A stretch of DNA of 64,000 nucleotides from Candidatus Eiseniibacteriota bacterium (lineage in GTDB: Bacteria; Eisenbacteria; RBG-16-71-46; CAZAMP01). The notes under the pieces were generated by a model. The model worked only from the letters and a program-made list of their open reading frames with translations, had not been told where the DNA came from and searched no databases. A program made the position numbers and the translations under genes. The number at the start of each line of letters is the position of its first letter. The first letter of the stretch is position 1. Positions 48,496 to 55,259 of this stretch are shown piece after piece. The stretch is from contig OZ245046.1 in the NCBI GenBank assembly GCA_965224245.1, positions 4,384,001 through 4,448,000 on the forward strand, read 5' to 3'.

Positions 48496-48777
48496 ATGGG
48501 CAAGGTCCCCGAGATCATCCCGGTGTCCGACTTTCGACAAGACGCTGCGGCGGTGCTGAAGCGCGTCCAAGGAGCGAAGGACCCGTTCGTCATTACGCAG
48601 CGAGGGCGGGCGGCCGCAATTCTACTGAGCGTCGAGTCATTCGAGCGAGGCGAACACGAGCGGTCCTTGCTGCGACTTCTTGCTCGCGGTGAGCGGGAGA
48701 TTGCTGCTGGGTCAGGTTACTCGCTCAGCGACGTGCTCGCGGAAGCGGATGCCCTGCTCGCGGACGACGAGGCGTGA
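48496..48777 (+). CDS. Phd/YefM-family antitoxin
   Basis: IIPVSDFRQDAAAVLK...PFVITQRGRAAAILLS; GGAGG RBS. Confidence 0.9.
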   Translation: MGKVPEIIPVSDFRQDAAAVLKRVQGAKDPFVITQRGRAAAILLSVESFERGEHERSLLRLLARGEREIAAGSGYSLSDVLAEADALLADDEA

Positions 48778-49055
48778 GGGTTCGCTTCACTCCGGGTGGA
48801 CGGGCCCAGTTCTTGGCGGCGGTTCAGTACATTCGGCAGGATCGCCCCTCCGCAGCCCGGAAGTTCCGCAGACGTTGCGAGACTGTATTGCGCCGGCTCG
48901 AGCGGTATCCGGAATCTGGTCGGGTGGTTCCGGAGTTCCCCGAGCTTCCGTATCGAGAAGTGGTGGTTCCACCATACAGGTTCTTCTATCGAGTCAAGGG
49001 CAAGACCGTCTGGGTCGTTGGCGTATGGCACACAGCTCAGGTGCCCCGCACATAA
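48774..49055 (+). CDS. RelE/ParE-family toxin
   Basis: YIRQDRPSAA, YPESGRVVPE, YRFFYRV, VGVWH; GTGA overlap with antitoxin. Confidence 0.9.
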   Translation: MRVRFTPGGRAQFLAAVQYIRQDRPSAARKFRRRCETVLRRLERYPESGRVVPEFPELPYREVVVPPYRFFYRVKGKTVWVVGVWHTAQVPRT

Positions 49056-49069
49056 ACGGACGGCCGCCA

Positions 49070-49135
49070 TTCTAACGAGTGCGTGAAGCGGAGGGTCCGC
49101 TGCGCGGCCCGCCGCTTACGCCCAGTACGTTTGGA
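49070..49135 (+). repeat. attC site
   Basis: TTCTAAC; GCGT(G)AAGCGG pairing with CCGCTTACGC leaving an extrahelical G; right end GTTTGGA (one deviation). Confidence 0.75.
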
Positions 49136-49149
49136 GGAACGAAGAATGC

Positions 49150-49434
49150 TCAAGCGGCGAGGCGACGAACCTTGAGTTTCTTTCGATTCTGCTCGGCCAG
49201 CCAGAGGTCGTACTGGACCTGTTGGTTTAGCCAGCTCTCAGCCGACGTATCGAACGCGATCGACAATCGTACGGCCATCTCGGGGCTAATCCCCGCTCGG
49301 CCGTTCAGAATGGCGGAGAGGGTCTTGCGGCTGATACCGAGGGCCTTGGCGGCTTCGGTGACGGTCAGCCCCATGGGCTCAAAGCAGAGCTCTCGAAGTA
49401 CCTCACCTGGGTGGGGCGGGTTGTGCATCTTCAT
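49150..49434 (-). CDS. higA: HigA-family antitoxin
   Basis: [37 protein letters not shown]. Confidence 0.95.
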   Translation of the reverse strand: MKMHNPPHPGEVLRELCFEPMGLTVTEAAKALGISRKTLSAILNGRAGISPEMAVRLSIAFDTSAESWLNQQVQYDLWLAEQNRKKLKVRRLAA

Positions 49435-49444
49435 CGTACAGACC

Positions 49445-49726
49445 TCAGTGGTAGTCCTCGTAGTCAACGTTCTCAACATCCTTCCCGCGAAACGAGAAGG
49501 TTATGCGCCAGTTGCCACTGACTTTCACTGCCCAGGTGCCCTTGCGCTTCCCCTTCAAGGGGTGAAGGTCGAGCCCGGGCAGGTTCATATCGCGCGGTTC
49601 GGTGGCCACAGAGAGCCTGCCGAGGATGAGTCGGAGGCGGTCTCTGTGCTTGGCTTGTATTCCGGCTGCGGAGCCCTTGGTGAAGAAGCGCTCCAGGCCC
49701 TTGTGGCGAAACCGAAGGATAGCCAT
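49445..49726 (-). CDS. higB: HigB-family (plasmid killer-type) toxin
   Basis: [33 protein letters not shown]. Confidence 0.95.
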   Translation of the reverse strand: MAILRFRHKGLERFFTKGSAAGIQAKHRDRLRLILGRLSVATEPRDMNLPGLDLHPLKGKRKGTWAVKVSGNWRITFSFRGKDVENVDYEDYH

Positions 49727-49734
49727 CGATGGCG

Positions 49735-49763
49735 AATGTAACCTATAACGTATCGGGTGTCAA
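49735..49763 (-). promoter_or_regulatory. higBA promoter (near-leaderless)
   Basis: Minus strand TTGACA-17-TACATT, ending 8 nt before the ATG. Confidence 0.7.
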
Positions 49764-49776
49764 GTAGGGCAAGTCC

Positions 49777-49882
49777 TCCTAACGACCCGCTGCACCTGAC
49801 GGCCCGCGGCGCGTGGAGGAGGGTGGAGTTAGACGGACCCCGGCTGCGCCGCGGTCCGCAGGTGAGCGTCAGGGCGTTAGGC
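49777..49882 (+). repeat. attC site
   Basis: TCCTAAC ... CGCT(G)CACCTG / CAGGTGAGCG ... GTTAGGC; 106 bp with long central palindrome. Confidence 0.88.
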
Positions 49883-49897
49883 TGAGACCGTAAATAA

Positions 49898-49929
49898 GCC
49901 ATTGACGTAGTAAGTCAATGGCGTATATT
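49898..49929 (+). promoter_or_regulatory. brnT cassette promoter/operator
   Basis: Perfect inverted repeat GCCATTGAC-N7-GTCAATGGC overlapping TTGACG-16-TATATT. Confidence 0.72.
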
Positions 49930-49936
49930 GTTGCAC

Positions 49937-50227
49937 GTGGAAGTCACATGGGATGAGGCGAAGAACCGCGCCAACGTAACCAAGCACGGGCTCTCCTTCG
50001 AGGAGGCGAGTCGGCTCTTCACGTCTGGGATGGACTATCTGGAACTCTCCGACGAGCGTCATTCGGAGGATGAAGAGCGGTTCATCGCGCTCGTGCCCGT
50101 GAACCGAGGTGTCGTACTGGTCGTGTGGACCGAAGAAGACGAGGATGTTCTGCGAATCATCAGCGCTCGGCCTGCGACCAGACGCGAGCGTGAGCATTAT
50201 GAGGCATTCCTGGGAAAACGAAGATGA
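49937..50227 (+). CDS. brnT: BrnT-family toxin
   Basis: WDEAKNRANVTKHGLSFEEA, EERF, RIISARPATRRER..Y. Confidence 0.93.
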   Translation: MEVTWDEAKNRANVTKHGLSFEEASRLFTSGMDYLELSDERHSEDEERFIALVPVNRGVVLVVWTEEDEDVLRIISARPATRREREHYEAFLGKRR

Positions 50228-50514
50228 GTGACATTCCTGAACTTAGTGCGAAACAGCTGGCGCGAGCCATTCCGGCGCGGGTTAGGAAGCGCCTGATGGC
50301 TGGCAAGTTCGAGTCCGGTGCGGATGTTCTAGCACTTCGTCGTTTCGTAGGGCTGACGCAGGTGCGGTTCGCGGAGGCGATGGGGATCAGCGTTCACACG
50401 CTGCGCAATTGGGAGCAAGATCGCCGCTTGCCCGAAGGGCCGGCGATTGCGCTTCTGCGCATCGCGGCAAGGCATCCTCGGATCATCCGCGAGAACCTCG
50501 ACTCGGCTGCGTAA
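50224..50514 (+). CDS. XRE-type HTH antitoxin
   Basis: LTQVRFAEAMGISVHTLRNWEQDRRLPEGPAIALL; ATGA overlap with toxin. Confidence 0.88.
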   Translation: MSDIPELSAKQLARAIPARVRKRLMAGKFESGADVLALRRFVGLTQVRFAEAMGISVHTLRNWEQDRRLPEGPAIALLRIAARHPRIIRENLDSAA

Positions 50515-50590
50515 CTCGCCAGCCTACCCTGCAGTTCTCGTCTTTCGGCGTAGCAGGCTCCAAACCTGGGAAAGTGACGGGGCGGTGAGC

Positions 50591-51097
50591 ATGTCGAGGA
50601 CGGTACCGGCAGCGGTCGTTCTTCGGGTAGTGCTGGCTCTCGGCGGCGCGATCGCCGCCCTGCTGCTGTGGCTGTTCCTAGGTCTGGCGACGGTACTGCT
50701 GTCAGGCGATTGGGGAGCGTCGTCGGCTGAACGTCACATCGGTACTCACTTCTTCGTGACTCTCCCAAGCGCCATCTACTTGGCTACAGCGGCAACCGTT
50801 CGCCTCACGCGCGTGAGGTTTCGTGGCTCGTCGAAGGACGCGCTCCTGTCTTCGCCGTTGCTCGCAGTTGGTCTCTGGACTGTATCGCAGTCGCTGACGG
50901 GGCTACCGTCTTCGGCCCTGTTGATGGCAACGGTTGGTGCATCGGTTGTGGGTACGTTCGCGGGCCTATGGGACGGCTGGCTCAGGGTCATGGCGAGCTT
51001 GATTCCGCGCGCGGTACCGGTGGGGGTTCGTTTGTGGCTGTCGTTGGCGGTCTCGGGAGTGGTCGTGGCATTGGCGCTGGCGACTCGAGTCAGCTAA
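50591..51097 (+). CDS. Hypothetical membrane protein (cassette gene)
   Basis: About 5 hydrophobic segments; stop codon lies within the AGCTAAC of the next attC-like site. Confidence 0.6.
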   Translation: MSRTVPAAVVLRVVLALGGAIAALLLWLFLGLATVLLSGDWGASSAERHIGTHFFVTLPSAIYLATAATVRLTRVRFRGSSKDALLSSPLLAVGLWTVSQSLTGLPSSALLMATVGASVVGTFAGLWDGWLRVMASLIPRAVPVGVRLWLSLAVSGVVVALALATRVS

Positions 51098-51161
51098 CCC
51101 TTTCGAACTACTCCCTGGTGCGGGCAACGTGCGCATCCAGGGCGCAGTCGACTCTCTAGGC
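51092..51161 (+). repeat. Degenerate attC-like site
   Basis: AGCTAAC; CCCTGGTGCG / CGCATCCAGGG stem; right end TCTAGGC instead of GTTAGGC. Confidence 0.5.
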
Positions 51162-51220
51162 GCGGAGAGCATCAGGCTCGAAGCGGTCGAGTATGTAGAG
51201 CCCGATGAAGGGCCAAGCCC

Positions 51221-51282
51221 GTCCAACGGCGCGTCAAGCGGCCGGCGTTTCGCGCCACCGCCGAGCACCGAGGCCGTTAGGC
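51221..51282 (+). repeat. attC-like site (degenerate inner stem)
   Basis: GTCCAAC ... GTTAGGC, 62 bp, imperfect inner stem. Confidence 0.55.
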
Positions 51283-51606
51283 CGCACGTCGCTCAGCGGT
51301 GGTGATGATCCGAGCGACGTCCTTGGTCTTGGCACCAAGCGCGAGAAGTGCGCGCACGAGGAGGTCGAGGGAGACCGTTGAATCGGCAGCTTCCATCTTC
51401 GCGACGCGCGACTGGCTGGATTCCAGGAGCTTCGCTACCTGTGCCTGGGTGAGCTTGCGGCGTGTTCGTCGAAGACGGAGGTTCCTGGCGAGAGCGAGCT
51501 TCATCTCGATGAAGGCTCGCTCCTCGGCCGTGAGCTCGAGGAACTCCCCCGCGGAGCCAACTTGCCAGCCAGCGGCTTCGAGTCGGCTCTTCTTGGTCTT
51601 CTTCAT
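51277..51606 (-). CDS. XRE-family HTH antitoxin
   Basis: LEAAGWQVGSAGEFL, LTQAQVAKLLESSQSRVAKMEA. Confidence 0.9.
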   Translation of the reverse strand: MKKTKKSRLEAAGWQVGSAGEFLELTAEERAFIEMKLALARNLRLRRTRRKLTQAQVAKLLESSQSRVAKMEAADSTVSLDLLVRALLALGAKTKDVARIITTAERRAA

Positions 51607-51610
51607 CTAG

Positions 51611-51955
51611 CTACTCTTCACGCGTGGCTCGGTCGTAGGCCTCGAGCCGCGCCTTGCACGTGTCGATCACGGACGCCGGTGTCTTCTGCGTCTTCTTGCT
51701 GAACACCTCGAGAACGACTACCGCATCCGGGTCGAGCCGGTACATGATTCGCCAGGTTGCGGTCTCGTCTCGAATCCGCAGCTCATGGCAGCGGCGGCCG
51801 ATCGACGGCATCGGTCGCGAGTGGGGTAGCGAGATACTCTCGCCCATCTGGAGCTGGCGCAGCAAGAAACCGGCTTCAAGCCGTGCTGACTTGCTGAATG
51901 GTGGCGATTTCACCTCGCCCTCGAGCCAGACGAGCGGCTTCCCTGCCCCTTTCAT
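51611..51955 (-). CDS. RelE/Gp49-like toxin
   Basis: KPLVWL.GEVKSPPFS, SRPMPSIG.RCHELRI, WRIMYR, VFSKKTQKTP. Confidence 0.92.
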   Translation of the reverse strand: MKGAGKPLVWLEGEVKSPPFSKSARLEAGFLLRQLQMGESISLPHSRPMPSIGRRCHELRIRDETATWRIMYRLDPDAVVVLEVFSKKTQKTPASVIDTCKARLEAYDRATREE

Positions 51956-51963
51956 CAACGAAC

Positions 51964-51992
51964 AGGATATGTCATATCTGACATTCGGTCAA
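51964..51992 (-). promoter_or_regulatory. Gp49-like TA promoter/operator
   Basis: Minus strand TTGACC-17-TATCCT; palindrome ATGTCA-TATC-TGACAT (51969-51984) in the spacer. Confidence 0.72.
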
Positions 51993-52019
51993 GGATCGAT
52001 GCTGGCAGGGAGCGGCCCG

Positions 52020-52079
52020 GCTGAATAGTGGAGCTGGCGGTCGCCTTCGGCGCCCGCAGCTCATCTGTAGACGTTAGAT
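52020..52079 (+). repeat. attC site (left core degenerate)
   Basis: TG(G)AGCTG / CAGCTCA stem with extrahelical G, central TTCG hairpin; right end GTTAGAT. Confidence 0.7.
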
Positions 52080-52118
52080 GATGGAGGAGTGAACCCCTGA
52101 GCTCCGACCCATCATCGA

Positions 52119-52405
52119 GTGTCGAGCATCTTCCTCGAGCCCCCGCCGCTTGCGTGGCGCGCGTGCGGGAACGGGTGCGAAAGGGTGGCCATGCGGTGCC
52201 CGAGACCGATGTTCACTGGCGTTTCCTCCGTAGCATCAGCAACTTCTGGCGCGCTCATCGGTTCGGTGTCCAGCGGCGGCATCTGTTCTACAATGCCGGC
52301 ACCCAGTTCGCGTGGCTGGCTGGCGGTGTTGACGCCGAGGTATCGGTAGGTGATGACCCGCTGTACGAGCGGCTCCTCTCCATCGCCGAAGGAGCGGGCA
52401 AGTGA
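52119..52405 (+). pseudogene. 5'-truncated zeta-toxin-like/AAA ATPase remnant
   Basis: ARVRERVRKGGHAVPE.DV..RF.RS..NF resembles the C-terminal half of this family; no P-loop; apparent frameshift after IFLE. Confidence 0.65.
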
Positions 52406-52554
52406 TCAAACGAAACGACGACGTCGATCTCGATCTCGTCGCAGAGGGGCAAGCGTTTCGACGCATCGAAAGCCGCGCAGTCGAGCAGACACAGGCGGAG
52501 AGTCGCGGGACCGAGCTCGCGGCCGTTCGCCAATCACCAGACCGGAGGATGTAC

Positions 52555-53163
52555 GTGAACACCAAGGCGCTCGTCGCGATGTGGCTCGGAATCATGCTCG
52601 CGCCCCTTTCGCTCGCGGCGCAGTCGGGTGTACGCGTGGAGAGCCACGACGACGAGATGGAATCGTGGACGTATGCGTATACCCGGGCCGACCACGGCCC
52701 CGTCCTGACCATCGACGACCGGGGCATCACCTTCGGCCGCTCCCCCTGCTTGATCTTCCTGTGCACGGCCGGGGGGATGGAGGTGGTCTACTGCTTCGAT
52801 ACGGAGCTGATCGGTGAGGCGGGGACGGTCCTGGTCCAGTCTCGCTTCGACTCCCGTCAGGCCTCGAAGCCGGAGCCGTGGCCGACGGTCGTGGACCCCA
52901 GCGACGAGGGCGGTCTCGAGGCGGCGGCGGCGGCCATGGGCGTGGACGAGACGAACGCGTTCCTGGAGATGTTCGGGAGCACGGTGCGCGCCGCCGGGCT
53001 CTCCGGCGAGGACGTCGAGGCCTTCCTGACCGAGGCCGCCAGCGCCGAGCAGGTCACGATGCGCGTCACCGACCAGTTCGACGGAGAGACTCACACCGAC
53101 GTGTTCTCCCTCGAGGGGCTGACCGATGCCCTCGAGCAGATCCGCGCGACCTGCGAGCGCTGA
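52555..53163 (+). CDS. Hypothetical exported protein
   Basis: GGAGG RBS, GTG start, signal peptide ending SLA-A; GC3-rich codon usage. Confidence 0.7.
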   Translation: MNTKALVAMWLGIMLAPLSLAAQSGVRVESHDDEMESWTYAYTRADHGPVLTIDDRGITFGRSPCLIFLCTAGGMEVVYCFDTELIGEAGTVLVQSRFDSRQASKPEPWPTVVDPSDEGGLEAAAAAMGVDETNAFLEMFGSTVRAAGLSGEDVEAFLTEAASAEQVTMRVTDQFDGETHTDVFSLEGLTDALEQIRATCER

Positions 53164-53275
53164 GCCGGAAGTCGTCCGTTCGGGGTTTCTGATACGATGC
53201 CACCGGCGTTGCAACGTCGCCGCGCGCGCACCCGCGCCGGAGCCGCGACGCCATGGCCTCGACGGAAGAGCCATC

Positions 53276-53476
53276 GTGACCCGAACCTCACCCGACACGT
53301 TCACGTCGCCGTGCACGGGCCTCTGCACGCTCGATCGTGAGACCGGCATCTGCGACGGCTGCTACCGTCACATCGACGAGATCGTCGCGTGGGCAACCCT
53401 CGGTGCGGAGGCGCGCCGTGAGGTGATGCGACTGACCGAGGAGCGCCGCCTCGCGGCCGAAGGGGAGATGCCGTGA
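53276..53476 (+). CDS. DUF1289-family small Cys-rich protein
   Basis: SPCTGLCTLD...CDGCYR.IDEI..W. Confidence 0.85.
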   Translation: MTRTSPDTFTSPCTGLCTLDRETGICDGCYRHIDEIVAWATLGAEARREVMRLTEERRLAAEGEMP

Positions 53477-54231
53477 GCACTCACGACTACAACTACGAGT
53501 CCTTCCCGATCGATCTGTGTGCCGGCGAGTTCGAGGCGTTTCGAGAGGCGGTGCCCGCGGGATCGCCCGCGCCGGACGGAACGCTCGTCGACGCCGCGAC
53601 CGGCGAGCCGGTGTCGCTGTCGACGTTCTGGAAGCGGGGACCGGTGCTCATCGAGTTCGGGTCGATCACCTGACCGTACTGCGGGCTGGCGGCGCCGGCC
53701 CTCGAGCCGATGGCGGATCGGCATCGCGACGACGTCGCGTTCGTCTTCGTCTACACGCGCGAGGCCCACCCGGGCGAGAAGACCCCCGCGCACGCGTCCA
53801 TGTCCGACAAGCTCCGGCGCGCCCGCGAGATGGTCCAGCGCTTCGACATCCGACGGCCGATGCTGGTGGACGATCTCGACGGCACGCTCCATCGGGCGTA
53901 CGGGTCGCTCCCCAACATGTCCTACCTGGTCGCGACCGGCGGTACCGTCACCTACCGCGCCAACTGGACCGACGCCCGGACGGTCGAGATGGCCGTCGAG
54001 CAGCTCCTCCACGAGCGGGCCGCCCGGCGCGATCGCGCGCGTCTCGCCCCGTACTACATGGAGATGCAGCCCCAGCGGATCAACGAACGAGCTCCGTTCA
54101 TGGAGGCGCTCCTGGAGCTGGCCGGGGTCCGGGCCGTCGACGAGTTCATCGCGGCGATCGGGCACTCCTACGGCGACGCGGCCGCGGGCCCGCTCCGACG
54201 ATGGTGGTCGGATCGATCGTCCGCGGGATGA
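53473..54231 (+). CDS. Iodothyronine deiodinase-like thioredoxin-fold selenoprotein (Sec at TGA 53671-53673)
   Basis: ORFs 53473-53673 and 53710-54231 are in one frame; read-through gives PVLIEFGSIT-U-PYC...FVFVYTREAHPG. Confidence 0.88.
53683..53701 (+). promoter_or_regulatory. Candidate bacterial SECIS element
   Basis: GGGCTGGC-GGC-GCCGGCCC 8-bp stem starting at +10 after the UGA, with G in the apical loop. Confidence 0.6.
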
Positions 54232-55259
54232 GACGCGCCGTGATCCTACCGCTCGCCGTGCTGCTGGGCGTCGTCGTGCTGTCGGCTCTCGCCGCCTACG
54301 TGGTGGTCGTCGACATGCCGGGTCGCTCGTTCCGTGGCACGCCCACGGCGCCCACGGCGGCCGAGCGCGAGCTGGCGACGGCGCTGGCCGGGCACGTGAA
54401 CACCCTGGCGGGCGACATCGGCGAGCGCAACCTCGGGCGCTACGAGGCGCTCTGTGCCGCGGCGAACTACGTCGACGTGACGCTGAACGTGATCGGTCTC
54501 GACGTCGTCCGTCAGAGCTTTCAGGTGGATGGGCGCCCCGTCCACAACCTCGTCTCGACGCTGCCCGGACGCGGCGACACCGACGAGATCGTCGTCGTGG
54601 GCGCTCACTACGACTCGGCGCCGGGCACCCCCGGAGCGAACGACAACGCGACCGGCGTGGCGGCGATGCTCGAGATCGCGCGGGCCCTCGCCGGACGCGA
54701 CGACCTCCAGCGCACCGTGCAGCTGGTCGCATTCGTGAACGAGGAGCCGCCCCACTTCCAGACCGACCGGATGGGCAGTCTCGTGCACGCGCGCTCGCTG
54801 GCGTCGGCCGACGCGCGCGTGGTGGCGATGCTCTCGCTGGAGACGATGGGATACTACCGGGACGAGCCGGGCTCGCAGTCGTATCCGTCGCCGCTGTCGC
54901 TCGTGTACCCCGATCGAGGCGACTTCGTGGCCCTCGTGGGCAACCTCCGATCGCGTCCCCTCGTGCGCCGCGCGATCGGCGTCTTCCGGCGGACGACCGC
55001 GTTCCCGTCCGAAGGCGTGGCCGCACCGGGAGGAATCCCCGGGATCGGCTGGTCGGATCACTGGGCGTTCTGGCAGTCGGGCTACCCGGCGGTGATGATC
55101 ACCGACACCGCGCTCTTCCGATACCCCTTCTACCACCGGGCCGACGACACGCCGGACGCGATCGATCCCGAGCGGCTGGCTCGCGTGGTGGGCGGCGTGA
55201 TCGAGGTCGTCGTCGATCTGGCCGGCACCACGCCGGCCGGCGCTACTCGATCACGGTGA
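54228..55259 (+). CDS. M28-family peptidase
   Basis: VVGAHYDS, PGANDNATGVA, FVNEEPP, WSDH, YH...DT. Confidence 0.92.
   Translation: MRRAVILPLAVLLGVVVLSALAAYVVVVDMPGRSFRGTPTAPTAAERELATALAGHVNTLAGDIGERNLGRYEALCAAANYVDVTLNVIGLDVVRQSFQVDGRPVHNLVSTLPGRGDTDEIVVVGAHYDSAPGTPGANDNATGVAAMLEIARALAGRDDLQRTVQLVAFVNEEPPHFQTDRMGSLVHARSLASADARVVAMLSLETMGYYRDEPGSQSYPSPLSLVYPDRGDFVALVGNLRSRPLVRRAIGVFRRTTAFPSEGVAAPGGIPGIGWSDHWAFWQSGYPAVMITDTALFRYPFYHRADDTPDAIDPERLARVVGGVIEVVVDLAGTTPAGATRSR

Larger units (their letters stand above)
48391..52545 (+). mobile_element. Integron gene-cassette array lacking integrase (CALIN) carrying toxin-antitoxin cassettes
   Basis: Several attC-like sites (YYAAC...GTTRRRY with internal palindrome) separating short lower-GC genes; no intI in the window. 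Confidence 0.82.

Noticed and set aside
50515-50590. Expected attC after the BrnT-HTH cassette (GCCTACC...GTAGCAGGC)
   Set aside because: Core sites and L boxes are too degenerate to call.
48391-52079. Spaced palindromic elements as a CRISPR array
   Set aside because: Elements differ in sequence and length and are separated by whole genes; they fit attC, and no cas genes are present.
53473-53673. Separate 66-aa ORF or pseudogene
   Set aside because: The stop sits exactly at the catalytic Sec/Cys position and the frame continues intact, so read-through is the better explanation.
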